From contig RDEW01000032.1 in the NCBI GenBank assembly GCA_011109175.1, forward strand, positions 216,404-280,403: a stretch of 64,000 nt of DNA. Reading direction: 5' to 3'. Positions within the stretch are counted from its first letter, which is position 1; every line of letters starts with the position of its first letter. Below, piece after piece: positions 53,366-64,000 of the stretch. This stretch comes from Dicyema japonicum. Taxonomy: Eukaryota > Animalia > Dicyemida. Position numbers and translations under genes: made by a program. The notes beneath the pieces were generated by a model, which saw only the letters and a list, made by a program, of their open reading frames with translations, did not search any database and was not told the origin of the DNA.

Positions 53366-54028
53366 ATTCCGTATCTTAAAGCTATAAATTAGTGACCTCA
53401 CATTTCGAAGTGTTCAGCATTAGACCGAGGGACTCTATTTGGAGTATTAAATTTCTCAGACAATCCAACTCATTCATTGGTTGGCTGTCCATAGTACAAT
53501 CACCCAAATGGCACATGTTCAAAGATGTAACAACCTCGTGTGACATATATCGAAGCTGAACAGAGCTTGTCTCAATGTGGTTTATAAAAGGAGCGATATC
53601 TTCACGCTGATTGAAATAAAATCACATTTTAACAGATATTAGGGTAAGTCTAAATAGAGGAGGTACATGAATACATTCTTTTGCCAGTGAAGTGGCAATA
53701 ATTTACAATGCTAAGTAAAGATAATACCGATAGTAGTAACATGAGAAGTATAAAGTTTTATAAACACATAAATATTGGTTGCCACATTAAAAGTGGAAAC
53801 TGATATCGATTTGGGATGATCAACCAAGGACATGCACTTGGACGGATGCCGTTTGTTCAAAAGTCTGAACGAGGAAAGGAAATTTCACCCCGCAATGGTC
53901 CTATTTACTGCGAATTGTCTGAAAGTGGGTTGGCATGGGTCAAAGAGAAAACAAATTATTTGAAAAGATATTAATTCATTTTAGTAATAATTTGAAATTA
54001 AAATAAAAGACTCATAAAATGTGATATT

Positions 54029-55306
54029 TAAGGCGATTTTTATTTTGACTTTATAAATCGGAAATTTTGACCTAAGAAATTGACTTTATTGACTTTAAAA
54101 TTCCAAAATTTTGACCTAAAAATTGACTTTATTGACTTTTAATTTTGACCTTTTTTGACTTTATGATAAATTTATATACAAAAAAATTTTTTAATATAAA
54201 AAACTAATCAAAATCTTTATTAAAATACAATGTAATTCGAAACGTTTTCGACAATAAAATTTCAATCTTTAGATAGTAATTTTTCCAAGAAAAACTTTTC
54301 TCAACTTATAATGTGGAAGACACTTTTTCAGATAGTTGTATACATATATTGAAATATGTTGTTCTTCCATGTTGTGATATAAAGCACTTGATTGACAATT
54401 AATCTTGATTCCATTACTACCTGATTCCACATAAATCGTCCCGAAATGCAATATCTGAATGTGTTCAACAGTGTCTTCACGATCTATCGCAATATTCCTT
54501 AGAAAATCGTCAATTATCTTAACGATAACCGAAGAGTTAGCCGCAGAAGACAATGACGACAAGATATTAAAAATATTTTCTAGAGATCAGAAATTCTTCC
54601 AATAAGTGATTGACATATTTCTGTCCTCGAATATCAGTTTCGTAAATCAAAACAAAAAATAACTCAATTCTTTCAAGCTGCTTCTGGCATAAATTTTCTA
54701 CATTATTTCGGCAGGCGTAAGTAGAAAGAAGATTATGTCCAACACTCTCAAACAAGTCTCGCAAGCTTTTACTGTTGACTTATGCAAGGGGATATCGGAT
54801 TCGACAAAAGCCTAGTGACTTTATCGACCCATGTGTCGGCAGATGGGACGAGAAAATCAATGGGTTAATAGACACCTTTAAAATTGTAATAAACATAATA
54901 AACCTGCTAATTTGATATGAATCTTAAAAGATCTACATGATTCTATAAAAATTGTTTTTTTGCAGTTACAAATGTCCCACATAAATTCAAAAAAGATTTC
55001 CATCAGGATATTTTTTAACAACAGACTTAATCTTTTAAATGTCATTCTTGATTGAACGCGGCAACACGGTGACTGATGATAATTGACCCCACGCTAGTAT
55101 TTTATTTAAAAACTCAAAAATTAAACAATAAAAAATAAAAATCAATAAATTTTTGACCTTTTTTGACATTACACAAAATTTTGAGTTTTTTGATTTTATA
55201 ACTTTTAATTAATATGATATTTTTTATTAAAAACTACATTTTTATAAGTTTTAAACAATTATAAAGAACATATCAATTTTTGACTTTATTGACAAAAATC
55301 GCCCTA
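54029..55306 (-). mobile_element. hAT-superfamily element, deleted; transposase resembles CGGBP1-related hATs
   Basis: TIR ta(a/g)ggcgattttt, 8-bp TSD gtgatatt / gtgatgtt, and subterminal tttgac(t/c)tt repeats. Peptide LIYETDIRGQKYVNHLL resembles the DETTD..GRYVAN motif. Confidence 0.75.
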
Positions 55307-56869
55307 GTGATGTTCTTCAAGAGAACGATATTCTGTACCCATCTCTTCTATTAGACGTTTTAGAAGCAGTATTCTAAATTGATAAATTCCATTGAAAGAG
55401 TGACAGTTGAAAATTGAAGAGTGACAGTTAATAAGTGACAGTTGAAACAACATGGGTCCTGTCCCAAAATGCCTGGGCTCCACGTTGGGACAATTTTCAA
55501 CCAGTCATTCCTAAGTAAGCTTTTCATACCTAGGCGGATCAGATACCTTCATACGGAAGGTCACATTCTTTCCTTCACAATTTGTCTTTAGATTTTAGCC
55601 TGGTCCTCATTAAACTTCCTTGTCGGACCTCAACAAGATAGTTATCTTTAGAGAATAACCTCGTATATAATAATAATGCACATTCGCAACAAGAGAGTTA
55701 GTCAATTGACGGCGCTTGCCGCACCCAGAAAATCTTTGCCGTCAGACACATCTACGGTCCTATTGATAGTGTATATGTTCTGGTTGCTGATCACTTTCGG
55801 CTAGTGTGTGTCCAAGAGGGATTTAAGTTGTTTTATGTGAAAAGCATTCAGGCTTTCAGTACAAGTTTAATTCAAACCAACGTTCCTGAATTGTACAACA
55901 AAATAAGCATAATAAATACATTTTATTTAAATTAAAAAATCGTTAAATTAATTAAATTATTTAAATTTAATATTTCTGCTTTATACGGCACTTTCCCATC
56001 AATAGACGATCGGATTCCTCTACAGAAATGAGAAAAGTCGTTTTAGTACAGTAGTGGGGAATGGAAGACCAAATACGTTTGATGGCGCAGTTGGCTCGGG
56101 AACTAAAATTACCTAACTGTTTGACGCTATTTCTGTCTTTCAATCCCTGTGATCTCGGGTTTTAAATAAATAATAGACGATTCTGGTATATGGAAGCAAG
56201 GCATCCCTACTATGGGAAGTTTGTATTCACCTAGCGCGCCACTGCTACGGTCACTATATCGTTGTACAAAACCATTCAATCAGAATCAGACGATCAGTTT
56301 CTTTGTTATCCTTTCTAGACGACTAGAAGACTGTCACCTCTTCTCTTTTCATGATCTTCCTTCTACTTATTAAGCATCACTTGACGAATCTCTTAAAAAT
56401 CAACTTATGGTTACTTTCCTGTTAGCCACTGGTTTCCTTCACTTGAAGGGATCGGGGTTAAATAAATAAGGCGACTCGGAAGCAACCCTTGATAACAATT
56501 CCAGAATAATCCTATCACATACCTGGTCAGGATTTTTTAGCTTCTAGGATGGATCTGAATCCTGGCATCCTTACTGACCTTCTTCTGACTGTAAATATAT
56601 GCTGTCGAGCCTATTAATTTCTCCTAGAGGTGGAGAAAGCTACCGTTCTTTAATAATTCTCTTAGACAATTTCTTAGTCCTTATTACAGATCTATCCTCT
56701 TGGCTCTTATGACGTCATTGACTAGAAAGCGCACAAAGAAAGCATAAAACTTGTCAATTCCAGCCTTAACAAGGATGATTCGTCTCGATGCAGCCATCGA
56801 AGATCACAGTGGTTACTTAGGCTAATAGTCCCCCAATTAGTAGAAATTGTTACCAAAAGACAAAATAGA

Positions 56870-57987
56870 TCATGTATTAATAGTATAGTTAATTCTCCTA
56901 GCGTTATGAATCCCCCTAAGGTCTTTCTTGACGATCTCCAATTGATTGATGTATGGGTTGGCTGTGGTTGACTTAATCGTCTCCAAATGTGAGTTCAGCT
57001 TCTTAATGATCTCCTCAACGTTTTCATATATGGTATCAAGGTTCGAGGGATCAAGTGATGACTGATTGAGTTTTGTCCGTAAAATACAAGTCAGGGAGTT
57101 GAAGGCGGCGAATCTTTGAATCACTTTCTTATTGGAGTTTTTGATCAATTTGCTCTTCAATTCGAAGATTTTGCAGATCTCGGAGGTCATGTCTTGGATC
57201 GTCTTCAATATGAGGATTTCGTCGAGATTCCTGGAAGTTTCTTTTTGCGGCTGTTTGACATTTTGAATATGTTTCTCAGATCGGTTCTCGAGTTTGATGA
57301 CATTTTCCTTAAACTCTTTGATCATCTTCTGAGTCCTCGTGTTCAGTGCTATCAGAACCTTGGGATTTTCCTCTTCAAAGATTGCCAGCTGTTCCACCTG
57401 TCTAATTACATCGGGGACCAATTTGAGATCACTGACGATCTTTTTGATGCATTGGACTTTTTTAATGCTGATCGTGAACAACGTCGATTCCTCGGTACCC
57501 CAATTCCTCATTTCAATGATGCTGGATGTCTTTGTTATTATACTTTTTGATTCTCTGAACTGTTCTTGAATATCCTCGAATAACCTGTCTTTGTGAGGCA
57601 AGTCCTGGTTTATCTCGTTAATGATGTTATCTGTATTGCTTAGCAATTCTATTAACTTGTCGTTCACATTGGAAAACTCTGACAGAAAATCATCCAATTC
57701 TATGTTTTTAGTGAGAAAGGTGGTCAGAGTTGAATTCAGAGTGTCAAATAAATCGAAAAATAAGCTAGTCTTGTATTTCAGCACTGTTTTGTGTTCATTT
57801 GAGATCAGACTAAGTGTATTCTCCTTCAAGTGTTGTACACATCATATTTAATTTTGTCGTACACATCTTCGGGCAAGCTGTCGTATAGGGTGTCGTATAC
57901 GTCTTTATTAGTTATGTTTTTTAATTGATCTCCAATGTTGGCTGAAGGCTGGATATTCCTATTTCGGGAGATTTGCTTTTTCTTCAT
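56870..57987 (-). CDS. Intronless helical/coiled-coil orphan ORF, about 372 aa if a 1-nt deletion at about 57830 is repaired
   Basis: 319-codon open frame. An upstream 53-codon ATG frame (ATG at 57987) joins it by adding one T to a TT run. Confidence 0.6.
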
Positions 57988-59649
57988 TGTAGGTGGTAGT
58001 GTAATCCAAAACGATCGTTAATGTTCTTATATTACAGATACGTCAATCTTAATCGCATCCGCAGATATCTACGGAATTAATCTTTAATTCCTTTACTTAA
58101 TTGTACGTGTCTCCCTGACGACTGGAAAAAAGACTCGGGAGATCTAATAGATACTCTGACGAAGGGCTAAAGAAAATGGACGAAGCAGTCAACTTATTGT
58201 AAGCAGAAACGGCCATCAGTGAATGTAAAGCCAACGCATCGGGCCATGACTTTTCGAACATGATCCTATTCAAAGAGAAACATGATTGTCTTAACCACGT
58301 GTCTGGAATACAATACTATCTCTATTATGAACTCTTATATTCAGTTCCTTAATAAATAGCTCTTAGTAAATGACTTTAAGATGACTTGATGACGAAAGGA
58401 AACCAATCGATGCATAGTGGAAGAAAGGATCGATATATTCAAAATGATCAAAGGTCTCATGTCAGATTCTGAGACTCATTAAGGGATGCAGGGTTCCGTG
58501 AAGTTTCGTTGTATGTGTGGAGGATAGATACCCTTCACATACCCTCCTAATTTATTGTTTATATTACACTTGCTTTGTCAGCAGGATCTACCTTTGCGGA
58601 GCGTCCAAATGTTGACTGACTAAAGGAACTAAAAATACTCAGCTCATAGATAATGATTTCGTTTCGTCCCAATCGCCTTCGTCGTTGCAGACATCTAAAG
58701 AACGATCACTGCACGGTTCTGAGACCCAAGGAGCGGTGATGTCTTCATACCTCATGAGATTAGTCAGGAAACTTTTCAACTGTTCGAAATCATGGTTACT
58801 TACTGCAAAGTATATTTAATTAACTAAAAGTAAAATAGACGACTTCCTACTGTCGGGAGAATATATCTTCACATTAAGTTAGTTTGGAGTGTCAGTCATG
58901 TCATGAAGATAATAAGTCTTATGAATGTCGGTTAACTAGAAATAAGCGACATTTTTTAAGAATGTTATGGTTTCGCTCAAAGTATTGTAATCGGAAATAG
59001 TTCTTGCATGCAGGCCTTTAACTAGCCTACCTATCTTAATTGCTGATAATAATAGTAGGACCTTCGTGAGAGCCATAATTCGAGACCCGCACGTGCAGGA
59101 CTTTTTTAAGAGTAAAGAACAATTATGCTAATTAATTATTGAAAAATGACAAAGAAGTGTTTTAACTTGTTTTTATTGTTGCATATAAGTCCCCGTAGAC
59201 AATTCGGCTTCCCATTGAGGCATCACTGATGACGGCGCCTATCGGAAATGCGTTGAACCTTTAGCCGGAATGTACAGCAGCGAAAAACGTCTGAATTTTG
59301 TCCAACACTTAAGACACTACGCCATCGTTTATTTGCTAAGTCGTCAATATATTTACTCTGCCACTTTTTTTACTTTTTAGTTTTTTATTTTATAAATATT
59401 ATTAAAAAAGTTTCATAACTAACTTTAAATGCGAATAAAATAAGCGGCGTGGTGGTATTTTAATGTTCGTTCATCCGCAAAGTGGAAAATAAGTGACTTT
59501 GGATGCTACTTACGTTTCTCTCTTCAAAACTTATACAGAAAGTCACTTGCCCTGTGTCAGTTACTACAAAGGCCGAAACGTTGGAACGAAAAAATTGTGA
59601 AATCTTAAGCTTTCAGTTCGTCCTTATGTCAGTCAGTGATCATTGGGAC

Positions 59650-61010
59650 ATAGTAGCCTTACCACACATCAGTGATTGTCAGAAAGAGGAGACACTGAGA
59701 TGGTTGATAAAGTCACTTGTATGCAAATTTAATATCTGAGGTTTAGAGAAGTAGCATACGTTGTCTTCAGGAGACTAAACTGGTTAATGGTGTACTGTGA
59801 ACATGAGAATTCCTCATTAATATTGATTGCTGGGGGTATTTGAATGCCACAGTAAATACTCGGAGCTGGGTGGAGGAAACCTTCAAAGGGAAAGAAACAC
59901 GTGAGAAATCTTTAGTCAAGTGAATAATTTATTCATCTGCAACACTGCCTTCATCCAAAAAATGGACTACATAAGCTCTCTCGACAGGAAGAAGTCGATA
60001 GGTCATTAAGATTCACCTGAGTTGATCCCTGAGTTAAAAGAGGTCTAAATTAAAGTTAAAAAATGAGCCTAAAATAACATTTTGGGGATCAAATCTTGGT
60101 TTAGGACTGATCTCCGAGTAAGAAGAAATAGCGCATGGCAAAGTAAGATTATGTTTTATTAACAAGAAACATTTTAACGTCTCCTTTTTGGAAGGTCTTG
60201 AGTCCTCACGTGTGATTTGATAACATTTCTAAAATATGCCTGAGCCTCTTCATGTGTGGAAGGAGAAATATTACTCCAAGGATCTTCGACCATTGAGGGA
60301 AGATAAAACGTACAATGTGGTAAGTTGTTATTATATTCAGTAGTATTCAATTCTCTATTTGACATCAACAAAAATAAAAGTTCTGACTTGTTTAAAAACT
60401 TATATTTAAAATCTTATAAATTAATTGATTAAATTAAAATAATCATTAATTAATTCAATATTAATTCCGTTTGTCGTTGTAGTTCACTCACATATGACGA
60501 TATTTTACTTGGTTTCACACTACCAACTAAAAAATCACAAATAGTTTCTAATAAACTAGTTCTTCAACTTTAGGGAAGTCTGACCGGTAAATGGTGGCTA
60601 CTGTTGGCACGCAAAACTTCCCCACATAAAGATTTGATTGACTACTTTTAATCCTCGCTCGGGACAGCGAACAGAACCCCATGCCACACAAAAAGGTAAA
60701 TTTATGAACATTCGAGTAATCCTCGTTTGTCTTCGCTGTGGAATTAATTCTTTTCTGCAAACATACAGATATAAACTGAATGATATGAAGATCGTAGCAA
60801 CTTTTGGAAAGAATTGCCATCCACCAACTCCCCTGGAATCTCTGGTTTGCAAAAACTGTGGGATCTACGATCACTACGATATCAATTTTGCTTTACCTCA
60901 GTACGGACATGTGTTGACTCGGGAGATGAACACCGGGTAAGATGAGGGCATTACTCGAACAGTTGAGATCATCAAATTAGCTAGTTTGGTTTTACCGTGG
61001 TACACAGAGA
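59650..61010 (+). mobile_element. Decayed LINE pieces (APE region and C-terminal Cys/His region, 3' end)
   Basis: LQETKL-type and GDxNAH-type remnants near 59770-59860. VILVCLRCGINSFLQTYRYKL...CKNCG...H at 60700-60900. Confidence 0.55.
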
Positions 61011-62028
61011 AGAAAGTTAATGGTAACAACTAGTTAAATTTACTACCTCCCGTGATCGCTAAAGCAGAGACCATCCGATGTTACATAAATCCATACGGAA
61101 CCAGTGGAAAATGAAGAAAGTTGTAGGTGCAGCTCCAATTAGTGGAGGAGAGCAAATGATTTTTATAAGTGGATAACATGACCACTATCTTGTGGAATAA
61201 GGGCAGATAAGGAACAGAGACAATGAAGTAAGATATTCGTTGGAGTAACCAGTATAGACAATCAGAAGCATTTTTATTTGGCATTCAAACCACTAAGCTT
61301 CCTGGTCGAGCAGCAGTAGAACTTATGTATTTATCAGCCTTTCCCTTTATTGGGATTACTTTTAAACTCCATGGGAGGAAGTGAGACATGGCATCAGGAT
61401 CGCTTAATTATACGATAAATATTATTCTCATGTTTTCTGAATAATTTAAGTGGCAACGATGTGAGTCACTCACAAAGTGTTCCTGGGTAACTTCGTAGTA
61501 CATCTGAATAAATATTTTTATCCTTTTGTTAGGCTAATTCCTAGGGGCTTCTTGGATCCATGAACTCAGAAGACGTCCCATGCCTGGCTGGCATCCAAAA
61601 AGATTATTCCTTCCATACGCCAATGGAGAAGTCCTCACAATGGCAGATTCTTGGAAAAGATACATTGAGTGTGAGTCCTTTTATAGACGATCCGGTTCTT
61701 TAGTGAGATGTTCACATGACGACGTCACTCGTAAAGCCAAGCATCGTAGATGGGTGTAACCTTCAGCTGTACAGCAGCGAGATTCTAACTATGGCCCATT
61801 ACGTTACACTGATCGTAATAATACGTGAGAATTTGCTCGAATTAAACCACTCGAAGTCACTCAAAGAATATTTTTGTAGAAGCCACGAGCGAGCTCTCAA
61901 AATTCGAAATTTAAATTTGTTAGTGGTTGATAACGCCAGAATGCAATGGTAAAAATTAGTTGTGGTTAGCGCACGTGATATAATTGTCTTAATGTCAAAA
62001 CTACGATATTGAGTGAATTACCCATTAC

Positions 62029-63163
62029 ATGATGAGGAAATATGTGGAAACTTTAATCACTTATTCTTAGCAATCAGGCACTGTCGTGGGAGTCGAAGAT
62101 TTGAATCCAGAACTGGATGCCTCAATTTTGCGGAAGGCAATGAAAGGAATAGGTATTGGAAGATCATACATACAGGAACCAACGAGGAGGCGCTAATAAA
62201 CATTTTATGCACAAGACGAATTTTCAAAGGCAGGTGATAGCTGAAGAGTACAAGTCAAACTACGGGCGGGTATTTCAATCAAATTGACCTTAAAGGACTT
62301 GAAAGACGACATTCACGGAGAAACCGGTGGAAATTTTAGAAATCTGCTACTCGGTCTTTTAGAAGAGGAAGTTGATTACGACACAAGAGAGCTTAATAAA
62401 GCCATCAAAGTCGATTCATTTCCTCACATGTAGGGTCTGGGAAGTGATGAAGAGGTTTTGATTGAAATTATTTGCACGAGGACTAGCCAACAGCTTGAAG
62501 CCATAAAAATGAATTACGAGAAAAGTATTCAGTCTGTTAACTTCCTCAGTGTTTGATCGAACACTGGAAGAAGACATCTGTGATGATATTAGCGGAGACT
62601 TAAAGAGAATAATTATATCACTTTTACAGAATAATCGAGAAACGGGGACACTTATGACCTGTAAATTTAATTTATTAGTATTTAGAGATGAAGTTATAGA
62701 GGATGTTGAATCCCTTCAAAATGCAGGGACTGAAACATGGGGGACTGATGAGTCAGTGTTCAACAGAATAATGGCAAATCGATCATTTCCACATCTCCAA
62801 GGACTTTTCCAGGAATACCTCGAACGAACGGGGAATCAATTTGAGGATGTACTTAAAGAAGAAATGACTGGTGATCTTCTCAAAGCATATTTGGCCATAG
62901 TCCAATGTGTTGTCGATAGGCCTGGATTCTTTGCTAGAAAATTATCAGATGCAATGAAAGGAATGGGAACAAACGAGGATACATTGTCGAGAATTATCAT
63001 ATCGAGAAGCGAGGTGGATTTGGTTCAAATCATGGAATGGTACGGCATATTAACCGATGAGAGTCTCGCTTTGAGAGTAGAGGTCTTTTTAGTGAAGATT
63101 TATCTATAGGCGGAAACAAGTGGGGACTATCAAAGAGCGCTACTCACACTAATAGGAAACTGA
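62029..63163 (+). CDS. Annexin, 8 exons, about 319 aa, with two apparent 1-nt deletions
   Basis: Four annexin repeats (LRKAMKGIGTNE, AIKGLGSDE, WGTDESVF, AMKGMGTNE; ETSGDYQRALL). Introns 62044-62070, 62153-62175, 62270-62295, 62410-62433, 62525-62549, 62661-62685 and 63083-63109. Confidence 0.92.
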
Positions 63164-63712
63164 TTCCTAACACATTTCGTTAAAATAATATTAATTGGTG
63201 AGACCCATTTGTACCCCTATTCCACTAAGGACTCTACTAGGGATACACTATCTAATGGTGATCAAGAACCAAGACCTATAAACAGCTTGAAAATTAGAGA
63301 ACCTGGATACAATTATTACCAAAACCCTATGGGGACTATTTGAGCACATATTACGGATGAACACTCTTCTTGCTTACAATAATATGGAATCATACTTCTT
63401 CTGCTCAGGGGTCTTTAGAGGAAGCCACTAACATTTTTGACATCAATAATGAATATTGATCTAAAAATGTTAAAGTGGCATTAGAAGACACAGGTTAACT
63501 AGATAGCTTTTAAAAAATCGAAATCTCGAGAAGAGCGTGGAGGTGTCTAACAGACCGGATCATATGGGTGGCCCAAGCGCTTGGGAGATTATAACTTTCT
63601 TATTGGAATGCGCATTATAATAATTCCACGAAATGACTATTTAGCTTCATAATGAAAAAAAGCTGTATTTTTTGTTAGCATAGATGACGTGATAACTCAG
63701 GAGTAAATATTG

Positions 63713-63860
63713 AAGATCATACATATAGGGTAAACGAAGAGGCGCTAATAAGCATTTTATGCACAAGGACGATTTTTCAAAGGCAGGTGATAGCTGAACA
63801 GTCCAAAGCAAGCTACGGACGGGTATTTCAATCACATTGATCTTAAAGACTTAAAAGTAG
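63713..63860 (+). pseudogene. Partial annexin duplicate (exon 3 with flanking introns)
   Basis: Aligns to 62160-62310 and keeps the G missing in the main copy (acaaggacg). Confidence 0.85.
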
Positions 63861-64000
63861 AGATTAAAATGTTATTTAAGAAAAATGACTGTAAAATGTT
63901 ATTTAAGAAAAATTCTCAAAATTTGATAACGCCCCGACAGGACAACAACCACTTCTTTTCATTGAAATAGAGACTTCCGAGGTCGTAGGAGAGAAGAGGC

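Noticed and set aside
57116-57851. Plus-strand ORFs (144, 76 and 76 aa)
   Set aside because: Antisense shadows of the long minus-strand ORF.
59221-59260. CTGATGA...GAAA hammerhead-like string (similar at 449-468 on the minus strand)
   Set aside because: Arises from deletions in antisense SINE B copies; there is no stem III/NUH and intact copies lack GAAA.
1-64000. CRISPR arrays or prokaryotic defence systems
   Set aside because: The sequence is eukaryotic, and no repeat-spacer array was seen.

Overview
AT-rich eukaryotic DNA with tiny GT-AG introns (20-31 nt), which the ORF track misses. Such introns resemble those of dicyemid or myxozoan parasites, but the taxon is only an inference. Manual splicing recovers an intact 9-exon VPS45 (550 aa), an intact NDPK (150 aa), an annexin, a secreted C-type lectin plus a decayed paralog, three tandem orphan genes of about 100-112 aa, a 59-aa CD52/CD24-like putative GPI glycopeptide gene and an intronless helical ORF of about 372 aa. 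The rest is decayed material: a dispersed LSU rRNA pseudogene split by a Buster hAT element, NDPK and IRE1 pseudogenes, three hAT elements with TIRs and 8-bp TSDs, RTE, I/Jockey-group and CRE LINE remnants, an integrase remnant and two SINE-like families. The main signals are: (1) one 1,644-nt VPS45 intron carrying a roughly 200-nt-spaced CCACGTG array and a structured GC island; (2) window-wide CACGTG excess; (3) a covarying HDV-ribozyme-like pseudoknot in a SINE-like family; (4) a transposase with five host-type micro-introns; (5) the micro GPI-glycopeptide gene. All counts and alignments were done by eye.
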